48,114 nt of DNA, taken from contig JBBIOM010000015.1 of assembly GCA_037443365.1 (NCBI GenBank), forward strand, positions 1-48,114. Reading direction: 5' to 3'. A model generated the notes under the pieces. That model was given only the letters and a program-made list of their open reading frames with translations, was not told the DNA's origin and did no database searches. This DNA comes from Armatimonadota bacterium. GTDB taxonomy: Bacteria; Sysuimicrobiota; Sysuimicrobiia; Sysuimicrobiales; Humicultoraceae. Shown here in pieces: positions 1 to 9,177 of the stretch (positions are counted from its first letter, which is position 1; each line of letters begins with the position of its first letter). The position numbers and the translations under genes were made by a program.

Positions 1-1
1 T

Positions 2-77
2 TGGTGGAGACGAGCGGATTCGAACCGCCGACCCCCTCGTTGCGAACGAGGTGCTCTCCCAGCTGAGCTACGTCCCC
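2..77 (-). tRNA. tRNA-Ala (anticodon CGC)
   Basis: Reverse complement GGGGACGTAGCTCAGCTGGGAGAGCACCTCG-TTCGCAA-CGAGGGGGTCGGCGGTTCGAATCCGCTCGTCTCCACCA; cloverleaf, G3:U70, encoded CCA. Confidence 0.97.
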
Positions 78-87
78 GACAAGAGGG

Positions 88-116
88 ATTATACGTGCCT
101 AACGATGGCGGCGCAA
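88..116 (-). promoter_or_regulatory. sigma-70/A promoter of tRNA-Ala
   Basis: TTGCGC (116-111) - 17 nt - TATAAT (93-88), 10 nt upstream of the tRNA. Confidence 0.75.
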
Positions 117-461
117 TCGCCGAAGGAGCCATGCGCCGGCTGCGCCGGCTGCGCCCGCGGCCCACATCGCGGGCAGGGGCTGGGCCAAGATCAGCAGGGC
201 CCAGGGGCCTGCGCGGTCAACGAGCGTCGCGGCTCGTACCCATGTCTCGGGTGCGACCAGCAAGGGCAGCGGAGCCAGGACGCATCCCCATACTCCCCGC
301 ACGATCAGGCCGAGTACCGCACCCTCGAGGAGCACAGGAAGATAGCTCGCGCTCCAGCCCACCGTGCGCGGGTCCGGGTTGCCAAGCGCGGCCTCAAGCA
401 CGTAGCCGGCCAGGTAGGCGGCGACCACGCCCAGGGTCAGACGCCGCAGCAAGCCCGTCAC
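99..461 (-). CDS. hypothetical membrane protein (120 aa)
   Basis: 3-4 hydrophobic segments and a basic C-terminus; GTGA overlap with the SDR stop. Confidence 0.65.
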   Translation of the reverse strand: MTGLLRRLTLGVVAAYLAGYVLEAALGNPDPRTVGWSASYLPVLLEGAVLGLIVRGVWGCVLAPLPLLVAPETWVRAATLVDRAGPWALLILAQPLPAMWAAGAAGAAGAWLLRRLRRHR

Positions 462-1171
462 AGCCGGACCGAGACAGGCACCACCGGGTCCTCGAGCGTG
501 ACCTCGGGGTGCGCCGCCAGGTAGAGCACCAGGTCTGCCACGGAGGCGGGCGCAAGCAGTCGGGCAGGGTCGAAGTCAGGGGTTGCGGCCCAGCGCATGG
601 GCGTGTCCATGGGCGCGGGTGCCAGGCAGGCCACGCGTATCCCGCGCGGCTTGACCTCGAGCGCCAGCGCCCGCGAGAAGCCGATGACTGCTGCCTTGGC
701 CGCGGTGTAGCCGGCGACGTTGGGAGCGCCGGTGATGCCGGCGCGCGAGGCCACGTTCACGATGAGCCCCCCTCCGGCCGCCAGCATGGGGCGCAGAGCA
801 GCGCGGTTGGCGAGGAAGACCGTTCGTGTGTTCATCGCGAACAGGTGCTCCCACTCCGCCAGCGTGACCTCCGGGAGCGGCTTGATGAGAGGCGCGCCCG
901 CGGTGACCACCATCAGGTCGAGGCGCCCGGCCGTCTCGAGAGCGTGCGCCACCACGCGCCCGGCGTCGGCCTCCAGCGACGCGTCGCATGCGATCGCGCT
1001 CGCCCGTCCGCCGAGGCCGCGGATCTCCGCTGCCACTCCCTGCACCTGGGCCGCGGTGCGCGCCGCGACCACCACCTCGGCGCCCGCGCGCGCCAGTGCC
1101 AGTGCGATCTCGCGCCCCAGGCCGCGTCCTCCCCCGACCACGACCGCGACAGAACCTGCAAGATCCGGCAT
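458..1171 (-). CDS. short-chain dehydrogenase/reductase (SDR)
   Basis: GGGRGLG Rossmann motif, NVAS, catalytic YTAAK; ATG 1171 preceded by AGGAGG. Confidence 0.93.
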   Translation of the reverse strand: MPDLAGSVAVVVGGGRGLGREIALALARAGAEVVVAARTAAQVQGVAAEIRGLGGRASAIACDASLEADAGRVVAHALETAGRLDLMVVTAGAPLIKPLPEVTLAEWEHLFAMNTRTVFLANRAALRPMLAAGGGLIVNVASRAGITGAPNVAGYTAAKAAVIGFSRALALEVKPRGIRVACLAPAPMDTPMRWAATPDFDPARLLAPASVADLVLYLAAHPEVTLEDPVVPVSVRL

Positions 1172-1196
1172 GAGTGTCTTCCCTCCTGTGCGATGT

Positions 1197-1224
1197 ATTC
1201 CCCGAGGCGTGGTTGCGCGCCTGC
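1197..1224 (-). promoter_or_regulatory. putative SigH-like promoter of the SDR
   Basis: GCAGGC-N18-GAAT, resembling the Firmicutes sigma-H consensus AGGA-N18-GAAT. Confidence 0.4.
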
Positions 1225-1253
1225 CTCCTGGCCGGTACCCTGAAGGAGCGGCC

Positions 1254-2003
1254 ATGCCCGGCGACGCCTCGGAGTCCTATTCCAGCGTGTTCTTCGTCCG
1301 CTACGACGAGTGCGGCTCGGATGGCGTCGCGCGCGCGTCGGCCTACGTGCGGTTCCTGCAGGAGCTCGCCTTCCGGCATTCCGCGGCCCGCGGGATCCCC
1401 CCGGCGTGGTACGACGCGCACCGGCTGTTCTGGCTCGTGCGCCGCCTCCGGCTGACGGTTGAGGCGCCGGCGCGCCACGGCGACGCGCTCGCCTGCACGA
1501 CCCGGCTGCTCGGCGCCCGCCGCGTGATGGCGCGCCGGCTCGGAGATGCGCGCCACGAGAGCACCGGCGTCCCTGTGGCCACGGCAATGGTGGACTGGGT
1601 GCTGACGCGCGAGGGCGCCGCCTTGACGCGCATCCCCGACGAGATCACCACGACCTTCCCGGGCATGATGCAGGCGATTGCGCCCCTGCCGTTGGACGAG
1701 CCCGATCCGCCCGAGGGAGCGGCCGCGACACCGCTGTGGGTGCGCACGAGCGACGCCGATGCCATGGCGCACGCCAACCACGCCGCCTACGTGGATCTGC
1801 TCGACGATGCGGTGCACCGCGCAGGAGGCGGCGCGGCGATCGCGGTGCATCCGCGCACCTATGATCTCCGGTATCATGCCGCCGCGGGCCTGGGCGCGGC
1901 GCTGCGCGATCGGGCCTGGAATGACGGCGGTGCCTGGCACTACCGGCTCGAGACGCCCGATGGATTGCTGGTCCTGCACGGCCGGCTGGCGGTGCCCGAG
2001 TAA
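1254..2003 (+). CDS. acyl-ACP thioesterase (double hot-dog fold)
   Basis: VRYDECGSDG...FLQELA first hot-dog, VRTSDADAMAHANHAAYV second hot-dog; AAGGAG before ATG 1254. Confidence 0.85.
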   Translation: MPGDASESYSSVFFVRYDECGSDGVARASAYVRFLQELAFRHSAARGIPPAWYDAHRLFWLVRRLRLTVEAPARHGDALACTTRLLGARRVMARRLGDARHESTGVPVATAMVDWVLTREGAALTRIPDEITTTFPGMMQAIAPLPLDEPDPPEGAAATPLWVRTSDADAMAHANHAAYVDLLDDAVHRAGGGAAIAVHPRTYDLRYHAAAGLGAALRDRAWNDGGAWHYRLETPDGLLVLHGRLAVPE

Positions 2004-2065
2004 ACGCGCGCGGCCGCCCCGCGGTCCACACACAGGGGATACTCAAGCGAAGCCAGGAGCATGCC

Positions 2066-3592
2066 ATGATGCGCGCAGTCGCGTTTGCGCTTTGCCTCGT
2101 GCTCGTGCCCTTCACAACGTGGGCAGGGCGTGTGAGCGCGTCCTCGCCCACGCATGTCGTGGTGATCGTGATAGACGGCGCGCGGCCCGACTACCTGGAC
2201 CTCACGCCCATGCCCAACCTGCGGCGTCTCACGCGCGAGGGGACTTCCTACACGCGCGCCTGGGTCGGGCAGATGATCTCGAACACGCCGCCGGCTCATG
2301 CCACCCTGGCGACCGGGACGCTCCCGCGCACAAACGGGGTGATCGGCTTCGGCTGGAAGGACCCGGCCACCGGGCGCATGACCTGGCCGACCTCGCTCGA
2401 GGCGGTCATGCGCGGCGAGCAGCAGCGCGTGCTGGCCGCCGCAGGGGTACCGACGATCGCCGGCGTGGCGCGGGCCAGGTGGCCCGGGCTCGTGGCCGCC
2501 TCGGTGAGCTCGAGCAAGTTCTTCGCGGCCGACGCGATGGGGCTGGGGGTGAACCACGTGGTCTTCCGCAACCGGCCGTCGCGGGGTGCGGTTGCCCCTT
2601 CGGCCGTGCCCGGACGCGAGCCGCCCCCGGGCGTGCTCGACGCGCCGGCGCTGCGCGACCCGCGCCTGCCGTCGGACGCCTGGGCCGGTGAGGCCGCCCT
2701 GGCCATCTTCCGGACGCTGCGGCCCCAGGTGCTCCTGCTCAACCTACCGGCCACTGACGAGCTGGGGCACTCGACCGGCGGTATCGTGGCGCCTGGCATC
2801 ATGAGCCGGATTCTGCAGATCGCCGACGTCCAGATCGGCCGCCTGCTGCGCGCGTACGAGGACGCCGGGCTGGTGGCGCAGACGCTGTGGGTCGTAACCT
2901 CGGATCACGGCATGGTGCCCGGCGAGAGGTTGGTCGATGTTGCCCTGATGCGGCGGGCCGCCGCCGGAGTGGGCGTGCGCCTGATGGGCGGGGGCGGCTC
3001 CAGCGCCGAGTTCTGGGTTGATGATATCGAGAAGATCGAGGCGGCGGCCCGGGCAATTGCAGGCCTGGGCCTTCCTGGCGTCTCCGGTGTCTATCGCAAG
3101 GTGCGCGAGGGCGCGGGATTCGCATACCTTCACGTGGAGTCCGGATCGCCGATACCCAGGGATCTCGATGAGGCCTACCGCTACCTCCTCTCGACCTTCG
3201 CCGGCGCGCACGGACCCGAGATCTGCATCCCCTACCACGAGAACACGATCAACCAGGGCGACCAGCCCACCGACCCCACCCTGCCGTTCCGCTATCGCGG
3301 CTCGCACGGCGGGGCATCGTGGTCGGTGCAACACATCCCCCTGGTCATCAGCGGCCCGGGCGTGCGCAGGGGACTGGTCACAGACCATCCGGCCCGATTG
3401 GTGGACGTCGCTCCCACCGTCCTGGCCCTGCTGGGCGCCCGATCGGCCGGCATGGACGGAACAGTGCTGGGAGACGCGATGGAATCCCCGCCCGCCGGCT
3501 CGTTGGATCTGCTGCAGGCAGTGGCGCGCCGGCTCCGGCCGCTGCAGGAGGCCCTGATCGCCGCGTCGGTGCGCGACCGGGCAGGACGCTGA
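2066..3592 (+). CDS. exported alkaline-phosphatase-superfamily enzyme (NPP/PafA-like phosphodiesterase)
   Basis: Signal peptide; IDGARPD, nucleophile T in SNTPPAHATLATG, TDELGH, TSDHG, GSHG metal motifs. Confidence 0.9.
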   Translation: MMRAVAFALCLVLVPFTTWAGRVSASSPTHVVVIVIDGARPDYLDLTPMPNLRRLTREGTSYTRAWVGQMISNTPPAHATLATGTLPRTNGVIGFGWKDPATGRMTWPTSLEAVMRGEQQRVLAAAGVPTIAGVARARWPGLVAASVSSSKFFAADAMGLGVNHVVFRNRPSRGAVAPSAVPGREPPPGVLDAPALRDPRLPSDAWAGEAALAIFRTLRPQVLLLNLPATDELGHSTGGIVAPGIMSRILQIADVQIGRLLRAYEDAGLVAQTLWVVTSDHGMVPGERLVDVALMRRAAAGVGVRLMGGGGSSAEFWVDDIEKIEAAARAIAGLGLPGVSGVYRKVREGAGFAYLHVESGSPIPRDLDEAYRYLLSTFAGAHGPEICIPYHENTINQGDQPTDPTLPFRYRGSHGGASWSVQHIPLVISGPGVRRGLVTDHPARLVDVAPTVLALLGARSAGMDGTVLGDAMESPPAGSLDLLQAVARRLRPLQEALIAASVRDRAGR

Positions 3593-3689
3593 TCCTGGTC
3601 GCTCGGGCAGGCCTAGACTCCCCCTTCCCTGGGCATAACCAGATTGACGCGGGCCGTCTCACTCGGCCCCGTCCCAGGGGGAGTGCAGC

Positions 3690-4178
3690 ATGGAACAGGC
3701 GGAGATCGAGCGCCTCAAGGCGCGGATCGAGCAACTGGAGCGCCGGCAGCGGGCCGGGCTTCTCAGGTGGTGCCTGAGCCTGGTCGCCGTCGGGGTCCTG
3801 GCGTTCGGCGTGCAGCAGGCCGCGTCTCAGAACGATATCCTCCGGGCGCGCGGTCTGGAGATCATTGACGCCTCGGGCACGGTGCGGATAAGCCTCGGAA
3901 TACAGCAGGACGGAACAGCGGAGATCCTGCTATCCGAGCTTGCCGGGCGCGGGCGCCTCTGGGTCAACGTGCGGCCCGACGGCACGCCTGGCGTCGTCAT
4001 AGCCGACTCCAGCGGGCGTGGGCGCATCTGGTTCGTGGCTTCGCCGGACCGGCCCTCGGGCGTTGTCCTCTCCGATGGCCTGGGCAGGGGCAGGGTGTGG
4101 CTCAACGCATCCCCCGACGGAACGCCGGGCCTCGTGCTCGTGGACAACTCGGGGCGGGTGAAGTTCCAGGCGCCCTAG
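3690..4178 (+). CDS. hypothetical membrane-anchored beta-repeat protein
   Basis: N-terminal coiled coil, TM helix, about 4.5 copies of a 23-aa repeat; GGGGAG RBS. Confidence 0.8.
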   Translation: MEQAEIERLKARIEQLERRQRAGLLRWCLSLVAVGVLAFGVQQAASQNDILRARGLEIIDASGTVRISLGIQQDGTAEILLSELAGRGRLWVNVRPDGTPGVVIADSSGRGRIWFVASPDRPSGVVLSDGLGRGRVWLNASPDGTPGLVLVDNSGRVKFQAP

Positions 4179-4190
4179 CAGGAACCGCGC

Positions 4191-4267
4191 TGGTGGGCCC
4201 TGGTGGACTCGAACCACCGACCTCACCCTTATCAGGGGTGCGCTCTCACCACCTGAGCTAAGGGCCC
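4191..4267 (-). tRNA. tRNA-Ile (anticodon GAT)
   Basis: Reverse complement GGGCCCTTAGCTCAGGTGGTGAGAGCGCACCC-CTGATAA-GGGTGAGGTCGGTGGTTCGAGTCCACCAGGGCCCACCA. Confidence 0.97.
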
Positions 4268-4280
4268 ACGGGCAGCATCG

Positions 4281-4309
4281 AGTATACCCGTCGCAGCCGG
4301 ATCAGGCAA
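4281..4309 (-). promoter_or_regulatory. sigma-70/A promoter of tRNA-Ile
   Basis: TTGCCT (4309-4304) - 17 nt - TATACT (4286-4281). Confidence 0.75.
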
Positions 4310-5474
4310 CCGAGGGCGGCCCGCCCGCAAACTCCCTGCGTACCTCGGCCAGCAGATCGGGTTGCGTCATCAGGTCGTACGCGGTCAGCGCCATGGCCTT
4401 GGCCGCCGCGATCATCGCAGCCAACCCGCGGTCAGACAGCGACGCTTCGCGGAACTCCAGGGTGTGCCCGACCAGGTCCTTGGAGCCGATCGCCACGTAC
4501 GGGTGGATCGCCGGGACGGCCTGACTGAGATCGCCCATGTCCGTGGAGCCCATGCGCGGTCGATCGGGCGGGCTGTCCTGGGGGAAACCCAACTCCTCCA
4601 TGTGCAGGCTGAACACCTGCCCCATTGCGCGGTTCGGCCTGATCGCGTCGTAGCCCTTGCGGGACGAAAACTCGAGGGTCGCCCCGCTCGCCATGGCGGC
4701 TCCGCGCGCGATGCCCCCGACGCGCTCCAGCAGTTCGCGGGCATAGGCGTCATCGGTCGCCCGCACGGTGAGGGTCGCCTCGGCGCGGTCGGGGATGATG
4801 TTGGGGGCCGCTCCGCCGTAGGTGATGATGCCGTGGATGCGGGCGTCGTCGCGCAGCTGCTGGCGCAGCAGCCCTACCCCCACGAAGGCCTGGATGAGCC
4901 CGTCCAGCGCGTTTATGCCCTCGTCCGGGGCGGCCGCGGCGTGCGCGGACTTGCCCACGTACTTGACGTTGATCCGATACGAGGCCAGCGAGGGTCGCCC
5001 TGAGAGGGTGTAGCCCGCGGGGTGGAACATCATGGCCGCGTCCACGCCCTGGAAGGCCCCGCGCTCCAGCATGATGACCTTGCCGCCGCCGCCTTCCTCG
5101 GCCGGGGTCCCCATCACGACTACGCGGCCTGGCAGGCTGCCCCGGACCGCTGCCAGCCCGATGCCGGCGCCCAGCGCCCCTGTGCAGATCAGGTTGTGCC
5201 CGCAGGCGTGCCCGATCTCCGGGAGCGCGTCGTACTCGGCCAGGATCGCGATGGTCGGCCCGTGATCCGAACCGGCGATCTGTGCGCGGAACGCGGTGTC
5301 CAGATCGGAGGTGCCGCGCTCGACCTGAAACCCGTGCCGCTCAAGCGTCGAGGTCAGCCATTCAGCCGCCCGGCGTTCCTCGAAGGCGATCTCCGGCGCG
5401 GCGTGAATGCGGCGGGCAAGCTCGATCAACTCGCCTGATGCGGCGTCAATGGCGGAGGTAATCTGCTCGTTCAT
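4302..5474 (-). CDS. M20 family amidohydrolase (AbgB/PM20D2-like)
   Basis: PEIAFEE, AEYDAL, HACGHN, TPAEE, GSTDMG motifs; GGAGG before ATG 5474 (alternative start 5492). Confidence 0.93.
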   Translation of the reverse strand: MNEQITSAIDAASGELIELARRIHAAPEIAFEERRAAEWLTSTLERHGFQVERGTSDLDTAFRAQIAGSDHGPTIAILAEYDALPEIGHACGHNLICTGALGAGIGLAAVRGSLPGRVVVMGTPAEEGGGGKVIMLERGAFQGVDAAMMFHPAGYTLSGRPSLASYRINVKYVGKSAHAAAAPDEGINALDGLIQAFVGVGLLRQQLRDDARIHGIITYGGAAPNIIPDRAEATLTVRATDDAYARELLERVGGIARGAAMASGATLEFSSRKGYDAIRPNRAMGQVFSLHMEELGFPQDSPPDRPRMGSTDMGDLSQAVPAIHPYVAIGSKDLVGHTLEFREASLSDRGLAAMIAAAKAMALTAYDLMTQPDLLAEVRREFAGGPPSVA

Positions 5475-5508
5475 GCGTGTGGATGCCTCCATGCGGGATT
5501 GGGTTGGC

Positions 5509-5536
5509 TTTCGTCGGTCGCCCGTGGCTGTCCTGC
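5509..5536 (-). promoter_or_regulatory. putative SigH-like promoter of the M20 amidohydrolase
   Basis: GCAGGA-N18-GAAA in a short intergenic gap. Confidence 0.4.
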
Positions 5537-5552
5537 ACGATCAGCCCGCGAA

Positions 5553-6770
5553 TCAGTCAGTGGTTACGCGCACGAACCTTCGCCGGCCGACCTGCACGAC
5601 GAGCCCGGCCCTCAGGGGTACGGCCGCCTCGACATCGTGCACGCGGCCGCCGTCTACACTGACGCCTCCCTGGCTGATGAGCCGGCGCGCCTCGCTGTTG
5701 CTCTCGGCCAGCCCGGCCACCACCAGGAGCCTGACCAGGCGGATGCGCCCGTCGGGTGCCTCATCGGCGGGAACGTACGCCTCCGGGATCTCATCGGGCA
5801 ACTCCCTCTCCACGAAGAGCCGCTCGAAGGCGGCGCCGGCGGTGCGGGCCGCCTCGTCGCCGTGCCATGCCGCGACGATGGCTGAGGCCAGGCGCCGCTT
5901 GGCGTCGCGCGGGTGGAGCGTGCCATCCTTGAGCCCCTCGCGGATCGCGACGACCTCTTCCATGGGCACGTCGGTGGCGTACTCGAAGTAGTCCGGCATC
6001 AGCTCGTCGGGGATGGACATCGCCTTGCCATACATCTCTCTGGGCGGCTCGGTGATCCCGATGGCGTTGCCCAGGGACTTGCTCATCTTCTCGAGCCCAT
6101 CCAGCCCCGGCAGCAGCGGCGTCAGGACCACGACCTGGGGAGGCTGACCGACCTCGCGCTGCAGATCGCGTCCCATCAGGTTGTTGAACTTCTGATCGGT
6201 GCCGCCCAGCTCGACGTCCGCCTCAAGCGCCACCGAGTCGTAGGCCTGGCAGAGAGGGTAGAGCAGCTCGTGCATGTGGATCGGCACCCCGCCGCGCAGC
6301 CGGGTGGTGAAGTCGTCGCGTTCGAGGATGCGCGCGACGGTGGCGCGCGAGGCCAGGCGGATCACGTCCGCGAACGAAAGCGCGCCCAGCCACTGGCTGT
6401 TGAAGGTCACCCTGGTGCGCGCCGGGTCGAGGATCAGGCCGTACTGATCGCGATAGGTCTGGGCGTTGGCGGCGACGTCCTCACTCGAGAGCATCGGGCG
6501 CGATTGCCTCTTGCCCGTGGGATCGCCGATCATCGCCGTGAAGTCCCCGATAACGATGATCGCCTCGTGCCCCAGGTCCTGGAACTGCCGCATCTTGCGC
6601 AGGACTATCGCTGTGCCCAGGTGCAGGTCGGGTGCCGACGGGTCGAGGCCGAGCTTGACCCGCAGCGGCCGTCCGAGGCGCAGCTTGTCCAGCAGGTCCT
6701 CCTCGGAGATGATCTCGGCGCAGCCGCGCCGCAGCAGTTGCAGTTGCTCTTCAGGTGAGAGAAGCGCCAT
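5553..6770 (-). CDS. tyrS: tyrosine--tRNA ligase (TyrZ-like type)
   Basis: [35 protein letters not shown]-terminal S4 domain. Confidence 0.98.
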   Translation of the reverse strand: MALLSPEEQLQLLRRGCAEIISEEDLLDKLRLGRPLRVKLGLDPSAPDLHLGTAIVLRKMRQFQDLGHEAIIVIGDFTAMIGDPTGKRQSRPMLSSEDVAANAQTYRDQYGLILDPARTRVTFNSQWLGALSFADVIRLASRATVARILERDDFTTRLRGGVPIHMHELLYPLCQAYDSVALEADVELGGTDQKFNNLMGRDLQREVGQPPQVVVLTPLLPGLDGLEKMSKSLGNAIGITEPPREMYGKAMSIPDELMPDYFEYATDVPMEEVVAIREGLKDGTLHPRDAKRRLASAIVAAWHGDEAARTAGAAFERLFVERELPDEIPEAYVPADEAPDGRIRLVRLLVVAGLAESNSEARRLISQGGVSVDGGRVHDVEAAVPLRAGLVVQVGRRRFVRVTTD

Positions 6771-6807
6771 GCGGCAACCTCCGCGAATCCGCCTGCAGTA
6801 CCACAGC

Positions 6808-9177
6808 CTACAGCACTACCTCGACGACCGTCGCGCCGTCGCCTCCCTCGCCGCGCTCGCCCGGGCGGAACTGCCGCACGTGCGGGTGCGTGCGCAGGAA
6901 GTCGCGCACGGCGCGCCTGAGCGCACCGGTCCCCTTGCCGTGTATCACGGTCACGCGCCCCAGGCGCGCGCGCACCGCGTCGTCCAGGTAGCGATCGATG
7001 ACGGGCAGCGCCTCGTCAACGGTCTGCCCGCGCACGGAGATCGAAGGCCTGACCGCGGGCTGCCCCGGTATCGCCGCGCCCTCAGAGGACCTCGCGCGCG
7101 AGGCGGGGGGATCGTCGGAGGCCGGGGCCTCGCGCAGCGCGCCCAGCGCGACGCGCGCCCGCAGGGCTCCTGCCTCGACCTCGACATTCCCCTGGGCGTC
7201 CGGACCCGCCACCACGGTGGCGGTCCTTCCGAGCGGTGCGACGAAGACCGTCTGGCCTGCTTGCACGCGCTCAACCGGCGGACCCGGGGGTGCGACGGGC
7301 TCCGGGGCTGGAAGGGCCTCCAGGGCCTCCCGCAGGCGCGTGCGCGCGCGCCGCACGGCCTCCTGGGTGCGAGCCGCGCGCACCTCCGCCATCACCGCGT
7401 CCAGCCGCCTGCGCGTCTCGACGATGATCGCCTCGCCGCCCCTCCTGGCCTCGGCCAGCAGGCGCTGGCGCTCGCGCCGGACGTGCTCGGCCTCCTGCGC
7501 GATGCGCTGCTCGGCCTCGCGGGCCGCAGCCCTGGCGATTGCGGCATCGGCCCTGTCGCGCTCGGCGGCCTGCCTGTCGCGCGTCAGGTCGTCCAGCACC
7601 TGCTCGATGGCCACGTGCTCGGGCGCCAGGTGCGACCGCGCCTCGGCTACCACTTCGCGCGCCAGGCCCAGGCGTTCCGCGATGACGAGCGCGTTGCTGC
7701 GTCCGGGAAGCCCGATCAGGAGACGAAACGTGGGCTGCAGCGTCTCGACGTCGAACTCCACGGAGGCGTTCTCGATGCCGGGCTCCACCGAGGCCAGCAT
7801 CTTCAGCTCGTTGTAGTGGGTGGTGACCACGGTGTGCAGCCCCCGGCGGTGCAGCTCCTGGATGATCGCCCGCGCGAGGGCCACTCCCTCTGTGGGGTCG
7901 GTGCCGGCGCCGACCTCGTCGAGCAGGACAAGCCCGGGAGGCGCGGCGGATCGCAGGATCTGCACGATCGCGCTCATGTGCGACGAGAAGGTCGAGAGGT
8001 TCTGCTCGATCGACTGCTCGTCGCCGACGTCCGCGTGCACCTGCTCGAACCATGCGACGGCGCTGCCGTCCGCTGCCGGTATGAACAGCCCGGCCTGGGC
8101 CATCAGGGACAGCAGGCCCACGGTCTTGAGCGCCACGGTCTTGCCCCCTGTGTTGGGGCCTGTCACCACGAGGGTCGTGAACTCGCCTCCCAGCGCGACG
8201 TCCACGGGAACGACGCCTGCATCGCCCCTCCCGAGGACCAGCAGCGGGTGGCGGGCGGCACGCAGGCGTACCACGCCGTCCTGACGCACCTCCGGCAGCG
8301 TGGCGCGCAGGCGCGCGGCCAGCGCGGCCTTGGCCGCGGCAACGTCGAGATGCCCCAGGATCTCGCCGTTGGCGATCAATGCCTCGGCTTCCTCGCCCAC
8401 CAGCCCGGAGAGCCGACGCAGGATGCGCAGGACCTCGGTGCGCTCCGCGGCCTCCAGTTCGCGCCGCCTGTTGCCCAGCGGCACGAGCGCCATGGGCTCC
8501 ATGAAGAGCGTGGCTCCGCTTGCGCTGGCGTCGTGCACGATGCCCGCGAACTGCGCGCGGTGCTCGGCCCGCACGGGCACGACGAACCGGTCTCCCCGCA
8601 CCGTCACGAGCGACTCCTGGAGATGCCGCGCGACGGCCGGATCGTGGATCAACCTCTCGAGTGACTCGCGCAGGCGCCGCTCCGTGGCCCTGCCCTCGTC
8701 GCGGATGCGGCGCAGCTCGGACGAGGCAGCATCGAGAACGCGGCCCTGGTCGTCCAGGGCCCGCGTGATCTCCGAGGCCAGCTCGGGCAGCGCGGACAGG
8801 CGTTCGGCCAGCGCCGCCAGGCGCGGGGCCTGGTCGCGGTGGGCGCGCAGCTGGGCCTGCACTCGCCGGGTGACCTCCAGGGTCTGCGCCACGTCGAGCA
8901 GATCCGCGGGCTCGAGCATTCCGCCCGAGGCCGCCCGCGCGGCCGCGGGCCGGACGTCGCGTGCGCCCCTCACCTGTATCTCGGACTCCGCGGCGATCGC
9001 CACTGCCTCCGCGGTTTCCGCCAGGGCCGCGCGCACCGCCTCGAGGTCGCCGGACGGCACAAGATCCAGCGCCAGCGCGCGTCCCATGGGCGTTGCGGTG
9101 CCCGCGGCCAGCGCCGCAAGGATCTTGGGGAACTCGAGGACGCGCAGTGTGCGCTCGTCACCAGGCGGGCGGCTCAC
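6808..9177 (-). CDS. mutS2: endonuclease MutS2
   Basis: [10 protein letters not shown]-terminus, [19 protein letters not shown], coiled coil, KOW-like segment, Smr IHGKGTG; GTG start overlaps upstream TGA. Confidence 0.96.
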   Translation of the reverse strand: MSRPPGDERTLRVLEFPKILAALAAGTATPMGRALALDLVPSGDLEAVRAALAETAEAVAIAAESEIQVRGARDVRPAAARAASGGMLEPADLLDVAQTLEVTRRVQAQLRAHRDQAPRLAALAERLSALPELASEITRALDDQGRVLDAASSELRRIRDEGRATERRLRESLERLIHDPAVARHLQESLVTVRGDRFVVPVRAEHRAQFAGIVHDASASGATLFMEPMALVPLGNRRRELEAAERTEVLRILRRLSGLVGEEAEALIANGEILGHLDVAAAKAALAARLRATLPEVRQDGVVRLRAARHPLLVLGRGDAGVVPVDVALGGEFTTLVVTGPNTGGKTVALKTVGLLSLMAQAGLFIPAADGSAVAWFEQVHADVGDEQSIEQNLSTFSSHMSAIVQILRSAAPPGLVLLDEVGAGTDPTEGVALARAIIQELHRRGLHTVVTTHYNELKMLASVEPGIENASVEFDVETLQPTFRLLIGLPGRSNALVIAERLGLAREVVAEARSHLAPEHVAIEQVLDDLTRDRQAAERDRADAAIARAAAREAEQRIAQEAEHVRRERQRLLAEARRGGEAIIVETRRRLDAVMAEVRAARTQEAVRRARTRLREALEALPAPEPVAPPGPPVERVQAGQTVFVAPLGRTATVVAGPDAQGNVEVEAGALRARVALGALREAPASDDPPASRARSSEGAAIPGQPAVRPSISVRGQTVDEALPVIDRYLDDAVRARLGRVTVIHGKGTGALRRAVRDFLRTHPHVRQFRPGERGEGGDGATVVEVVL

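Noticed and set aside
6771..6807. T-box upstream of tyrS
   Set aside because: The 37-nt gap has no GGTGGNACC motif
6466..8664. 732-aa plus-strand ORF and many other long antisense or alternate-frame ORFs (e.g. 576-2033, 22917-24335, 37843-39393, 41088-42563)
   Set aside because: Shadows of well-supported genes in stop-poor high-GC DNA; Arg/Pro/Gly-rich with no recognisable motifs
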